A program made the position numbers and the translations under genes. Under the pieces are notes generated by a model. The model saw only the letters and a program-made list of their open reading frames with translations, was not told the origin of the DNA and made no database searches. Below, one piece after another: positions 1 to 9,081 of a stretch of 64,000 bases of DNA (the stretch's first letter is position 1; every line of letters starts with the position of its first letter). Source of the DNA: an uncultured virus (IMG/VR IMGVR_UViG_3300025723_000019) (lineage: Duplodnaviria > Heunggongvirae > Uroviricota > Caudoviricetes); IMG/VR virus record IMGVR_UViG_3300025723_000019, positions 1 to 64,000 of that record; one strand, written 5' to 3'.

Positions 1-92
1 CGGTAGTCGCACCAAGTGTGCTGACGCTCAGACGCTGCAAGTGCAGCCGTGAGGCGAGCCACTTCTTTCTTCAGTTGACGCTTCGTGGTCAT
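1..92 (-). CDS. hypothetical protein (runs off window start)
   Basis: ATG at 92 preceded by AAGGAG RBS; MTTKRQLKKEVARL... Confidence 0.6.
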   Translation of the reverse strand, partial: MTTKRQLKKEVARLTAALAASERQHTWCDY

Positions 93-194
93 TGGTTCTC
101 CTTGGTTGGTCGGTGTCACACCGGTATGATACTCTACCGGTGTCTAGTCCACAAGTCACACACTCACACTCGTGGGTGAATGGCTTGCAGGGTA

Positions 195-223
195 AGTATG
201 CCTAAGGGTTGTCACAAAGTCAA
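195..223 (-). promoter_or_regulatory. sigma70/SigA-type promoter
   Basis: TTGACT-17 nt-CATACT; spacer contains TTGTGACAACCC, identical to the spacer at 39339. Confidence 0.65.
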
Positions 224-268
224 GTAACACCCCGGAAAAGATTTCTCAAAAAAATTTGGCTTACCCCC

Positions 269-297
269 TTGACAAGACAAAAAACCTTAGGCAGACT
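269..297 (+). promoter_or_regulatory. sigma70/SigA-type promoter for amidoligase operon
   Basis: TTGACA-17 nt-CAGACT, divergent from 195-223. Confidence 0.65.
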
Positions 298-341
298 TAG
301 GTTCGCAGTACCCGATATCCCACCTACCAAGGAGAGCAGAA

Positions 342-1373
342 ATGCCGACCAACCGACCCACGCAGTACCGTCGGAGCAACATCGTTGCTCGCAACACCAC
401 GGCGACACACAATCGTCAAGACAGGGCGCTTGCCCTCCGTGAGGCTGGCTACTCCTACGCCACCATCGCACAGCGACTTGGCTACCGTGCAGCACAGGGC
501 GCATCGGAAGCCTGCCGTGCAGCCCGCGCCCGACAGGGACAGGTCGTACAGGCCATCGGCACCGTTGCCACCCCTGCTGTTGCCACGAACCGCAATCCTA
601 ACGTCACGTCTCGCACGTTTGGCTTGGAGATTGAGTTCTTCGGCATCACCCCCAGCGACGCTGTGACTGCGCTCGCTGCTGTTGGCATCACGGCTTCCTA
701 CGAGGGGTACACGCACCGTGTCTCCCGCGACTGGAAGATTGTGACCGACGCATCGGTGACCTCAACCGGCACTGGCCGAGGCGCAGGCTTGGAGTTGGTC
801 AGCCCGATTCTCCGGGGCGAGGCTGGCTTGGAGCAGGCAGCCAAGGCAGTCACGGCACTCCGTGATGCCGGTGCGCGGCAGAACACAACGTGTGGTGTTC
901 ACGTTCACGTCGGGATGGATGGCTTGTCCGGGGCGCAGATTATGAACGTCTTCGACCTCTACACCAAGAACCAGTCGAACGTGAACAACCTTGTGTCTCG
1001 CTCACGCCACTCCAACCGCTACTGCCGTACCACGGTGCCGAACTACGAGCGTTCGTACCACGACAACATCCGTATGGCTACCACCAAGTCCGAGATTGAC
1101 CGTCTCGTCAGCCGACTTGACCGGTTCGTCACGGTGAACCTCGCGGCCTACGCCAAGTACGGCACGGTGGAGTTCCGTCAGCACCAAGGCACCCTCAACG
1201 GCGAGAAGTTGACCTCGTGGGTCAAGTTCCTGTTCTCGGTTGTCGAAGCCGGTGCAGCAGGTGACACCACCGAGTACAACTCGCTTGACGAGTTGCTCAC
1301 GGCACTCCCCTTGGCAAATGACACCAAGGGCTTCCTCACCCGGCGAGCGACCCGGCTCGCAGCGAACCGGTAA
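342..1373 (+). CDS. putative amidoligase (COOH-NH2 ligase type) with N-terminal HTH
   Basis: RTFGLEIEF, WKIVTDAS, ELVSPIL, CGVHVHVG, GTVEFRQHQGT motifs; N-terminal GYSYATIAQRLGY HTH; AAGGAG RBS. Confidence 0.85.
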   Translation: MPTNRPTQYRRSNIVARNTTATHNRQDRALALREAGYSYATIAQRLGYRAAQGASEACRAARARQGQVVQAIGTVATPAVATNRNPNVTSRTFGLEIEFFGITPSDAVTALAAVGITASYEGYTHRVSRDWKIVTDASVTSTGTGRGAGLELVSPILRGEAGLEQAAKAVTALRDAGARQNTTCGVHVHVGMDGLSGAQIMNVFDLYTKNQSNVNNLVSRSRHSNRYCRTTVPNYERSYHDNIRMATTKSEIDRLVSRLDRFVTVNLAAYAKYGTVEFRQHQGTLNGEKLTSWVKFLFSVVEAGAAGDTTEYNSLDELLTALPLANDTKGFLTRRATRLAANR

Positions 1374-1380
1374 GCCAGTT

Positions 1381-1429
1381 GCAGGTTCTCAGTCTCAGTT
1401 GCACGATGGGACTGAGAACCTGCTATACT
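1381..1429 (+). promoter_or_regulatory. inverted repeat overlapping extended -10 promoter
   Basis: GCAGGTTCTCAGTC...GACTGAGAACCTGC hairpin followed by TGcTATACT. Confidence 0.5.
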
Positions 1430-1472
1430 GTCCTCTAGCAACACACAACCTACCAACAGAAACGAGAATCGT

Positions 1473-2210
1473 ATGTGCGGAATCGCAGGCTTCTGCCTCA
1501 GTCCCGACGAGCAGGTGAACGCCAAGACCGTGAGCCAGCAACTGCTCAATCAAATCATCCAGCGTGGCTCGGATGCCACCGGTGCAGCGTGGGTGCAGTC
1601 CAACAAGGAAACCAAGAAGGCCACGGTTGCCGTGAGCAAGGCTCCAGTGCCTGCTACAGCGTTTGGCCCCTACTTGGAGATGATGCCCCCGAAGACAAAC
1701 CGTGCCATCCTGCACACTCGCTACGCCACGCAGGGCAGCCCTCAAAACAACTTGAATAACCACCCCATCGTCAGTGGCCGAATCGTCGGCGTACACAACG
1801 GGGTGCTGAACAACGACAAGGCAATCTTCGACCACCTCAGGGGTGCCGAGCGCAGGGGTCAGGTGGACAGCGAAGCAGCGTTCGCCCTCATTGACCAGAC
1901 CAAGTTCCGGCCTACCGAGGTCTTGGAATCTATCAAGGGTCGTGCAGCGTTGGCGTGGTTCGACGCACGAGACAAGCGTGACCTGCACCTCGCTCGCTTG
2001 GAAGGCTCGCCACTCGTCATCGGCCAGACCGAGGCCGGGTCGCTGTTCTTCGCATCCACGATGCCGTTGCTCGTGACCGCTTGCGAGAAGGCTCGTGTCG
2101 GGCTGAAGTGGGTTGAGGAAGTTGACCCTATGACCTATATGCGAATCCGCAAGGGCGAAATCTTGGAACTGGAGAGCATCGGTTCTAGCGTGAAGGCAAT
2201 CGCATCGTGA
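1473..2210 (+). CDS. class II (Ntn) glutamine amidotransferase
   Basis: N-terminal MCGIAG, RGSDATG, HTRYATQG, NNHP, HNGVLNN, VDSE motifs. Confidence 0.9.
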   Translation: MCGIAGFCLSPDEQVNAKTVSQQLLNQIIQRGSDATGAAWVQSNKETKKATVAVSKAPVPATAFGPYLEMMPPKTNRAILHTRYATQGSPQNNLNNHPIVSGRIVGVHNGVLNNDKAIFDHLRGAERRGQVDSEAAFALIDQTKFRPTEVLESIKGRAALAWFDARDKRDLHLARLEGSPLVIGQTEAGSLFFASTMPLLVTACEKARVGLKWVEEVDPMTYMRIRKGEILELESIGSSVKAIAS

Positions 2211-2557
2211 TGACCTACCCGGAAAAACCAGTGTGGACAATCCGTTGGAACAACGAAGTCATTCAGGCTCCATCGGCGTTCGACATTCTCGCCACGATTG
2301 GTGAACGTTCGTTCAACCCGCAAGACCACAAGTACCCCAAGCGAGGAATCGCTTACCGGGTCTTCGTGCAGTACCAAGTGCTGATTGACGATGACCTGCC
2401 CGACGAGATGTTCCTAATGAAGTTGGCCGAGTTCGGCCTGCTGCAACTGAGCGTGAGTGGAGTAGCCCCAGTGGACGTACTCCAAGAATCGCTCCAGTTC
2501 GCTCAGGCTTGGCACGGATACGACTTCCCCGATTCTGCGAAAGGAGGAAAGCAATGA
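2207..2557 (+). CDS. hypothetical protein
   Basis: ORF coupled to both neighbours by overlapping stop/start codons. Confidence 0.7.
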   Translation: MMTYPEKPVWTIRWNNEVIQAPSAFDILATIGERSFNPQDHKYPKRGIAYRVFVQYQVLIDDDLPDEMFLMKLAEFGLLQLSVSGVAPVDVLQESLQFAQAWHGYDFPDSAKGGKQ

Positions 2558-2910
2558 ACAAGGACAAGATTGTTTCGCAGTTGAGCGATGCCATCGTCAA
2601 GGTGCTGTCGAACGACAAGGCCGGAGCGACGAAGACTGTTGCAGGCGTGTTGAGCACACTGACGGCAACCGGCACCGTGAGCGAGCCGAAGGCAACGCAG
2701 CCGAAGGCCACAACGCGTCGTGCTGGGCCGGTTCCGGCTCTGCGCGGTATGCGCTTGGCGAACTTCAACCAGCAAGTGCTGGATGGAACGCCTGTCGCAC
2801 AGTTGGCACGGCAGTTCAGCATCTCGGCACCTACGGCCTACCGCTACGCGGGCTTGGTTCGTAAGGCAACCGTGAACGCACCGGCAACGGAGCCAACGGT
2901 TGTGGCCTAG
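2554..2910 (+). CDS. hypothetical protein with C-terminal HTH
   Basis: AAGGAGG RBS before ATG 2554; VAQLARQFSISAPTAYRY HTH-like. Confidence 0.7.
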   Translation: MNKDKIVSQLSDAIVKVLSNDKAGATKTVAGVLSTLTATGTVSEPKATQPKATTRRAGPVPALRGMRLANFNQQVLDGTPVAQLARQFSISAPTAYRYAGLVRKATVNAPATEPTVVA

Positions 2911-2925
2911 AAGCCACGAGGTGAT

Positions 2926-2962
2926 TGGCACGGTAGGGGAAGGTAGGCCCTTACCGTGCCTT
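2926..2962. terminator. hairpin between convergent genes
   Basis: GGCACGGTAGGG...CCCTTACCGTGCC stem. Confidence 0.6.
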
Positions 2963-2975
2963 TCGCCATTTCTGG

Positions 2976-3608
2976 CTACAGTCGCCAGTCGTTGTTTTGG
3001 AAAAACCCGATTGGCGCAATCCCCCCGGCCATATTTGGAACGATGCGACGGCCCTGAAGGTTCAGTTCCGTCAACGCCCACACGAGCGCATCCACGCGGT
3101 CAGGTGAAGTGGAGCCACGAGTACCCGGTGCCGGTGGCACCCACGTTGTCATCTGTTCCTCTAGGTCGGCAAATTGCTCCGGTGGGCCAACGTGGTGAAT
3201 CCGGCCCTGCTCGTAGAGAGCGACAATGGGTTCGGCTCGTGCTTTCTTGGAGTAGCGAGCATTGGGTCGGTTAATCGGCATCATTGGCCGGATGGTACGC
3301 ATCACGGATTCAAGGAGTTCGTGACCTTGGTTCGATTCGATGACCACGATGTTGGCGTTCCATTCGTCGTAGGCTCGCACCACTCGCTGCGCCCAGCGTT
3401 CGACGGAGTTCTTATTCGCGGCTGGAAGGCTGGCATCTTCCAAAACGTAGCCGTGGACTTCGCAGTGACGCACGACGCAAGTGTCAGGCTGATGCGGGCC
3501 AGCAGCCACTACGACGATGCCTGTCTCGTCGGCGTTCTCCCCGGATGTCACGGCAGGGTCAACCCCCACGACGATTTTGGTGAAGTCGCTCGGATTGACT
3601 TCAATCAC
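2976..3608 (-). CDS. terL: terminase large subunit, nuclease (RNase H-like) domain as separate ORF
   Basis: IVVGVDPAV, DETGIVV, IESNQG, SPDRVDALVWA motifs; GTG start overlapping upstream TGA, with GGAG RBS. Confidence 0.85.
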   Translation of the reverse strand: MIEVNPSDFTKIVVGVDPAVTSGENADETGIVVVAAGPHQPDTCVVRHCEVHGYVLEDASLPAANKNSVERWAQRVVRAYDEWNANIVVIESNQGHELLESVMRTIRPMMPINRPNARYSKKARAEPIVALYEQGRIHHVGPPEQFADLEEQMTTWVPPAPGTRGSTSPDRVDALVWALTELNLQGRRIVPNMAGGIAPIGFFQNNDWRL

Positions 3609-4936
3609 ACTGTCTCCAAGATTTTCCAAATCGCACGGCCCTGTTCAATCATCTCCTGTGTCCACATCGCACCCTCTACGTCTAGGAGCAGGACACCTTT
3701 CAGTTCCTGTTCTCCAATCCGGGTACCCTCATAGGCCGTGAGGACTGATTCACGGAATGACGGAGCAAGGTTTTCAAGGTTGTCGTAGGTGGAGCCGTTG
3801 GTGACCACCGTGGTTCGACGTTCCATTAACTCCCGCACGAGACGCACACGCTTCGGGGTTGTGGTCACGAGGACCTTTGGATTTTCACCAAGGCGCAGAC
3901 CCAGCATCAGGTTGTTCCACGAAGTATCCAACACATCGCCCTTGGGCGCATCTCGCCACGCGGCTAACTCATCGCAGTTATGAACGAGGATTCCACTAGC
4001 AAAAAACTCGTGAGAATCCTCAACCGTCAAGTCGTAGACTGCGCCTCTCTGCCCGTTCCGCAATACGGCGGAGACATATTGCCCGCCGCCTTGGGTTTCC
4101 ACCTCATCGCCACTACGCAGAACTTGCGCCTCCGCCCAATCGCCATTTGCCCAGATGCGGTGATTTGGGGTGCAACGCAAGACGTTCCCTGCCTCGGTGT
4201 GGATTTCCAGCACCTCTGCGTCGGGGTTCGTCATTGTGGCTGCGAGGACTTGCTTCCAGCCATCACGAGTGGCGACAACATCCCCAACAACAACTTCTTC
4301 AATTGGAATTTCACCACGGCGAGTGACAACACATTCGCCCTCTGCCACGCACCACGCAGCGTCGTGCTGTGGGCCACGGAGTTGGCTAGGGGTGTGGGCA
4401 GAGTAGGTGAACGCCTCTGCGCCATTGGGCCAGACGAGCCGCCGTTTGGAAGGCTCGTGCAGTGGGCGAGGGTGAGGCTCCGAGCAGTTGAGGATTCCAC
4501 TGTCCCCGCCAATCATCACGTCTCGTACGTCGGCAGGAGTTCGGCCTACGAGAGCAATGCGCTTGTAGCCGTGGTTCCATACCAAGTCCAAAACCCACTC
4601 GGCACCGGCACGGGTCTTGCCCGTTCCACGGCCCCCACTGAAAAACCACGTCAACCACGGGTCGCCCTCTTTGTCCTTTGGAGGACGCTGTGGAGTACGG
4701 GCGTGTTTACAAAAGGGTGTGTGCTTCCCGTCAATGGGATGTTCGCACCAGTGAAATCCTGCGTGGGGGTTGCCGTTGCACTCGGTTCGTGGGCAGTACC
4801 AGCGACGCTGAGGGGCGTTCTCTAGGAGTTCCAGTTCCTTGAACACCACTGCCAAGTCGGTCTTGTCCAAGCCGAGAAGAATCTGCTTGCGCTGCTCAGG
4901 GGTTGCATCTAGCAACTTTTGGATGATGGGGTTCAC
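3605..4936 (-). CDS. terL: terminase large subunit, ATPase domain, intein-containing
   Basis: Walker A GGRGTGKT, LRGPQ..AAW(C)DE Walker B, VTTTPK motif. Confidence 0.9.
   Translation of the reverse strand: MNPIIQKLLDATPEQRKQILLGLDKTDLAVVFKELELLENAPQRRWYCPRTECNGNPHAGFHWCEHPIDGKHTPFCKHARTPQRPPKDKEGDPWLTWFFSGGRGTGKTRAGAEWVLDLVWNHGYKRIALVGRTPADVRDVMIGGDSGILNCSEPHPRPLHEPSKRRLVWPNGAEAFTYSAHTPSQLRGPQHDAAWCVAEGECVVTRRGEIPIEEVVVGDVVATRDGWKQVLAATMTNPDAEVLEIHTEAGNVLRCTPNHRIWANGDWAEAQVLRSGDEVETQGGGQYVSAVLRNGQRGAVYDLTVEDSHEFFASGILVHNCDELAAWRDAPKGDVLDTSWNNLMLGLRLGENPKVLVTTTPKRVRLVRELMERRTTVVTNGSTYDNLENLAPSFRESVLTAYEGTRIGEQELKGVLLLDVEGAMWTQEMIEQGRAIWKILETV
3977..4351 (-). mobile_element. mini-intein (125 aa, no endonuclease) in terminase Walker B
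   Basis: starts CVAEG, block B CTPNHRIW, ends VYDLTV..HEFFASGILVHN followed by +1 Cys. Confidence 0.9.
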
Positions 4937-5031
4937 GGCTTACGAAAGAACGACACGAGCAACACGAAGACAACTCCGGCTCCAAAACACACGGCGTAGT
5001 TGCCCCATTCGGAGAGATTCCAGTGACCCAT
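4933..5031 (-). CDS. small membrane peptide
   Basis: 32-aa ORF MGHWNLSEW...VVFVLLVSFFRKP; TAGAGT -10 six nt upstream; TGA overlaps terL GTG. Confidence 0.5.
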   Translation of the reverse strand: MGHWNLSEWGNYAVCFGAGVVFVLLVSFFRKP

Positions 5032-5136
5032 AACCCCACTCTACCCCAACACAATCAACTTTTTTGTTTTTTCACTACTACTAGATACTGGTATAGTTGC
5101 CCCGTGTACCTTTTCCAAAGGTTTTTCGTTGTGGCG

Positions 5137-5700
5137 TTATGAAACCCGGCGCAGCCACACCTGCAAGTTCTTCCCCAGCAGTTCGTAATGCTCCATATAC
5201 GGGGATTCTAAGAACGCGTCAATCGCAGGCCGTGGTGTTTGCATCTCATCAAAGTCGCCGGGGTTCCATTCGTAGTCATCAAACGCAAGGAAGCCACCCA
5301 CCTTCAAATGCTCGTGGGCGTTCTTGGCATCTACGGCAACTTGGGCAGCAGTGTGGTCGCCGTCAATGTAGATGAAGTCGTATATTTCACTGCACTCGGC
5401 AAAGAATTCATCCGAAGTCATCTTGTGCTTGCGAAGTCGGCCTTCTTCCAATTCGGAGAATCGTTCGTCGTAAACTGCCTCAACGAGAGAGAAGTCAATG
5501 TCATCGTGTTCAGCACTGCCTGACCAAGTGTCCACGTCATCAAGGGTTGAGCCTTCCCCAGAGAGAACGAAGTAGAGCAGCCAGTCAGAAGCGTCTCCGG
5601 TAAACACGCCGATTTGGAGTGCCTTCAGGTTGTCGTGGCCCATCAGGGGTGCCAAGTGTTGGGCGAAGTTGTTTTGGGCAGAGAAAGCGAACCAGTTCAT
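5137..5700 (-). CDS. class I SAM-dependent methyltransferase (Methyltransf_24-like)
   Basis: LQIGVFTGDAS, VDTW, YDFIYIDGDH, LKVGGFLAFDDY motifs. Confidence 0.85.
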   Translation of the reverse strand: MNWFAFSAQNNFAQHLAPLMGHDNLKALQIGVFTGDASDWLLYFVLSGEGSTLDDVDTWSGSAEHDDIDFSLVEAVYDERFSELEEGRLRKHKMTSDEFFAECSEIYDFIYIDGDHTAAQVAVDAKNAHEHLKVGGFLAFDDYEWNPGDFDEMQTPRPAIDAFLESPYMEHYELLGKNLQVWLRRVS

Positions 5701-5720
5701 AGTGGGTCACTATAGCGATT

Positions 5721-5978
5721 TCACTGGGTCGTGTCTGGGTTGGCTCTACGGGGGTTTAGTTGATGAGGGATTTTCCGTGAGGTTGGTGGGGGTACCGTTT
5801 GCTGCAAATTGACCAAAGTCGCTTGAAATTCTGGGGGGTGGTCGCCGGGGGGCAGTTCCTTTTTTTTTCTTTGCGCCTCAGCGAGATTCCCTTTTGGGTT
5901 CATCGCTTGTGAACGAATGAACAAATAGAAGTCGTTGTCTGCCTGCCGATATCTACGATTGTTGATGTTGCCCATCAT
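5721..5978 (-). CDS. hypothetical protein
   Basis: ORF only. Confidence 0.4.
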   Translation of the reverse strand: MMGNINNRRYRQADNDFYLFIRSQAMNPKGNLAEAQRKKKELPPGDHPPEFQATLVNLQQTVPPPTSRKIPHQLNPRRANPDTTQ

Positions 5979-6499
5979 TATGCGTAGAGATGCCCTGATG
6001 GAGATGTTCTAGGGGGCTGCCATTGGCCTCTATTTTGCCCTAGGAGCCATTCTGGGGGGAATTGTGCCTACAGGGAGCCATTTGTAGGAGTTCCCTTGCA
6101 AAGGGATGTGTAGGATGGGCCTTGTCGTGCATAGGTAGTCGCTCCCTACCGAGTTGACGATGCTGTGGGTATCTCTCGGCCCACACAGTTGTGTCACTGG
6201 TCGCTCCCCGGTGGCACTTCTGTCCCCATAGGCAAAAGCCCCACCCTGTATGGGGGGGGCTATAGGGACTGCCTAGTACGGACTACTCGCTCAGTAGGCG
6301 CATACAACCCACTTTTTATCCCCTATGGACTTGTCCTCAGGGCGTATGTCGCCAAGACTTACGCATACGTTCTGCTTGGCTAGGGCGGTGGGCTGTATGG
6401 GCTACTCAACGAGTAGGCCGTTTGTCAAGGAACTGCCTTACATAAGTAAGTATACATTAGGGCCGTGAGGATGTCAAGGCCCTAATGCAACTTCTTTTC

Positions 6500-6856
6500 C
6501 TAGGCGTACGTCTCCTTGCCAAAGACTGCCAGTTGGAGGATGTAGTCGCTCACGAGGCAGTCGCCAATGTACCCCTCGTCGTACAAGACGGTCTGTCCCC
6601 AGACACGCTTGCCGTAGCAAGAGATAAAGGCATCAACGATGTCCTGCGCCACGAGGGTCTTCGTCGCCCAATCGTCGGTTTCTGGGTCAAGGTACTCGAC
6701 TTCGATTGGCTGGGAAGCCCGGTTCTCGGATTCCCAGTTGTAGTAAATGCGCTTCCACCAATCGCAAGTACTACCGTCAATGTTGCACAATACTGCGTCA
6801 AGAAGTCCTTCGACTTCGATGTCTTTCGGGATTTGGATAGTGCGTGTAGTTGTCAT
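6500..6856 (-). CDS. hypothetical protein
   Basis: leaderless ORF directly after promoter 6863-6891. Confidence 0.7.
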   Translation of the reverse strand: MTTTRTIQIPKDIEVEGLLDAVLCNIDGSTCDWWKRIYYNWESENRASQPIEVEYLDPETDDWATKTLVAQDIVDAFISCYGKRVWGQTVLYDEGYIGDCLVSDYILQLAVFGKETYA

Positions 6857-6862
6857 ACCCTC

Positions 6863-6891
6863 ATCTTAACAAACCCTTAGGGAGAAGTCAA
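6863..6891 (-). promoter_or_regulatory. sigma70-type promoter
   Basis: TTGACT-17-TAAGAT, ATG six nt downstream. Confidence 0.6.
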
Positions 6892-7067
6892 GTCAGAAAA
6901 GGGCCTTTTTCGACACTTTTTTGACAAATTTGACGCATTAGGGCCGTCGTTGTTGCACGATTCAGTGAAATCCGGCATTTGGAGCCGTCGTTGTTGCGCT
7001 TGTCTCCAGCCGGTGGGCAAATGGCACTTTCCCCTTTATTTGCAAGGGTTCGATTTTTTGTCCGTAG

Positions 7068-7724
7068 TCAGATTTCACTGCCGTCGGCAGGCGTTTCGGC
7101 GTTTGGCGTGTCGCCTGCGACGATTTCCGCGTCAATAACTCGTTGCGTCACGGCCTGCAACTTCCGCATTACGCCGTCAACGTCAACTTGAATGGCCCCA
7201 CCGTCGGCACCCGTCAGTTCGGTTTTCACTGTTCTGCCCCAGTTTTGGGCATCTGTGCGTTCCAAGTACCACGCCGCGGCCTGCCATTGGCTCGGCATCG
7301 CGTTTCTGATGACTTCGACGGCCTTGATTTGGGCATAACTCCGGGCTTTTTCTATTTCCTGAGCGAAGATTACGAACGCCTGTTCGTATTCATCCAGTTC
7401 ATACCCAGATTCGGCCAAATCATTGCCCTTTTTCACCCACTGGCTAATCGTCGCCGGGTTCAGTCCCACTGCCTTTGCAGCAGTCGAAATGTAGTTTCCT
7501 CGTTTCAGCAAATCCACCACCGTCTCCATCAACTCTGGGGTCAGCAGTGTTGGCCGACCTGTTCGTTGTGGGGGTCGCTCTGCCTTGGCTTTGGCTTGCT
7601 TTTCACTGAGGGTAGGGGTTCGTTCCTTGATGGTTGCTTTCCATTCTTCGGGAACGTCTGATGTTGGGATTTCAGCAGTGTCGTTGTCTACTGGTTCTTC
7701 ACCGCTTGTTGGGGTTGGGGTCAC
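7068..7724 (-). CDS. terS: terminase small subunit-like protein
   Basis: GRPTLLTPE, HTH (AAKAVGLNPATISQW), WQAAAWYLER and ELTGADGGAI motifs typical of terS; upstream of terL. Confidence 0.7.
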   Translation of the reverse strand: MTPTPTSGEEPVDNDTAEIPTSDVPEEWKATIKERTPTLSEKQAKAKAERPPQRTGRPTLLTPELMETVVDLLKRGNYISTAAKAVGLNPATISQWVKKGNDLAESGYELDEYEQAFVIFAQEIEKARSYAQIKAVEVIRNAMPSQWQAAAWYLERTDAQNWGRTVKTELTGADGGAIQVDVDGVMRKLQAVTQRVIDAEIVAGDTPNAETPADGSEI

Positions 7725-7962
7725 GGGGAGTTCCTTTGTAGCGGTTGCCGAAGAAGGGGTGTTCCTTGGCAGTATTGGCGTGGTTTAAGTATTCCACCGT
7801 TTCTTGGAGGACTGTATCGGTGAGTTCTAGGGAATGGAGAAGGTTGGTGATGCGGGTGTCCATCTTGGAGATGAGTTGGGAGATGTTTTTCACTCGGATG
7901 TCCAAGGCGTGGATTTCTTGCTCTAGGCGGTAGAGGGCTTTCTTGATGTTCTTCTTCTTCAC
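7699..7962 (-). CDS. coiled-coil hypothetical protein
   Basis: ORF in coupled run, heptad pattern. Confidence 0.55.
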   Translation of the reverse strand: MKKKNIKKALYRLEQEIHALDIRVKNISQLISKMDTRITNLLHSLELTDTVLQETVEYLNHANTAKEHPFFGNRYKGTPRDPNPNKR

Positions 7963-8303
7963 TGGTAGTAGTTCTTTCTCTTGTGGGCTGGTTTCTTGGG
8001 GTTCTTGTTTGGCCCCGGCTTTTGACGGGGGTTTTTAGCATCGAAGGCTGCTTCTGCTGCTCGTGCTGCTTCTGGTGTAGGGAATCTTCCCAAGGAGAGG
8101 TAGTTTCCATTCCTGTAGCGACGAGCGAGGTAGGTTTTCACCACTGGGGTGGTTTGTAATGGGCGCGGGGTTTTGCCGATTGCAATTCGGTGGTCGTTCT
8201 CTACTTGTAGGGCTTCTTCGTAAGTAGTGAAATACCCAAGGAACTCACTGATGCCGTCGGTCTTCACTCTGGCTGCGTAGAGGTTTCTGACGAGGCTAGG
8301 CAT
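7959..8303 (-). CDS. AP2-like DNA-binding protein (two repeats)
   Basis: FLGYFTTYEEA and YLSLGRFPTPEAARAA motifs. Confidence 0.6.
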   Translation of the reverse strand: MPSLVRNLYAARVKTDGISEFLGYFTTYEEALQVENDHRIAIGKTPRPLQTTPVVKTYLARRYRNGNYLSLGRFPTPEAARAAEAAFDAKNPRQKPGPNKNPKKPAHKRKNYYQ

Positions 8304-8607
8304 TGTTCTTCGTTCTGCGGATGATTGCGCCGACCTGTCGGTTGGTCAGGCCGACCTTTTCACCAATTTCGGCGTAGGTCATCCCCTTGGCCCTGAGGGT
8401 GAGGATGTGGTCTACTCGCTTCTGCCGTTCTGATTTGGACAGCACTGGTTGGACATCAGCATTGGCCCTGAACTCGTCTTCGACCTGCTTGGCTTCGTCG
8501 TACGTCCCGTAGTAGCCGAGGCTGTAGCGAGAGCCGAAGACGGTTGCTCTGGCGTGCCACGGTTTCGTTTTGAACTTCGGGTGAAGATTGCTTCGGTCAG
8601 TGGGCAT
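8296..8607 (-). CDS. AP2-like plus HTH DNA-binding protein
   Basis: PWHARA..YSLGYYGTYDEA; GMTYAEIGEKVGLTNRQV HTH. Confidence 0.65.
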   Translation of the reverse strand: MPTDRSNLHPKFKTKPWHARATVFGSRYSLGYYGTYDEAKQVEDEFRANADVQPVLSKSERQKRVDHILTLRAKGMTYAEIGEKVGLTNRQVGAIIRRTKNNA

Positions 8608-8788
8608 TGGGGACGTACTTCTTCCGTTGCGTGATGGCCGGGGGGTTTGTCAAGGCAAATTGGCGTTCCACATCAAAGGCTTCTTCCATTGTGGGGTAGT
8701 AGCCGAGGGAGTACTGAACGCCCTGTCTTTTCACTAGAGCGTGCCAAGGTCGTTTGGCCTGCTTGTTGTTCTTCCTGTAGGAGGGCAT
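8597..8788 (-). CDS. AP2-like DNA-binding protein
   Basis: PWHALV..YSLGYYPTMEEA. Confidence 0.6.
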   Translation of the reverse strand: MPSYRKNNKQAKRPWHALVKRQGVQYSLGYYPTMEEAFDVERQFALTNPPAITQRKKYVPNAH

Positions 8789-8790
8789 CG

Positions 8791-9033
8791 TTAGCCCTGC
8801 TGGAATTGGCGCACCTTTACTCCGATTTCTCGGAGCATTGGATTCACAATTTGGTGAACCCGTGCGTCGGTCACTCCAATAAGGCGTGAGATTTCGGCCT
8901 TGGTCGCTCCGGCGATGACTGCATCCCGGATTGCCGTATAGAAGTTTGCCTTGGTTGATTTCACTGCGGCCTTCGCCTCGCGGTGTTGTTCCTTGGCTTC
9001 GTTAAGGAGAGAAAGTGCTTCTTCCTTCGTCAT
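8791..9033 (-). CDS. HTH DNA-binding protein
   Basis: GATKAEISRLIGVTDARVHQIV. Confidence 0.7.
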   Translation of the reverse strand: MTKEEALSLLNEAKEQHREAKAAVKSTKANFYTAIRDAVIAGATKAEISRLIGVTDARVHQIVNPMLREIGVKVRQFQQG

Positions 9034-9081
9034 TGTGTTGCCTTTCGTCGTTGTGTAGGCCTTTTCACCATAACCAACAGG

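Noticed and set aside
1395..2240. Long antisense ORFs (e.g. 1395-2240, 3980-4825, 19447-20211, 20348-21019, 32201-32902, 55362-56565)
   Set aside because: Shadow frames of real GC-rich genes with no recognisable motifs, unlike the LAGLIDADG ORF.
3605..3632. Programmed -1 frameshift joining the two terL ORFs at TTGGAAAATC
   Set aside because: It is not an X XXY YYZ heptamer in the ATPase frame. GTGA coupling with an RBS is simpler, though a frameshift is not excluded.
5137..5700. DNA methyltransferase that might target ATTTCACTR
   Set aside because: Lacks DPPY/NPPY or PC catalytic motifs; resembles small-molecule or glycan methyltransferases.
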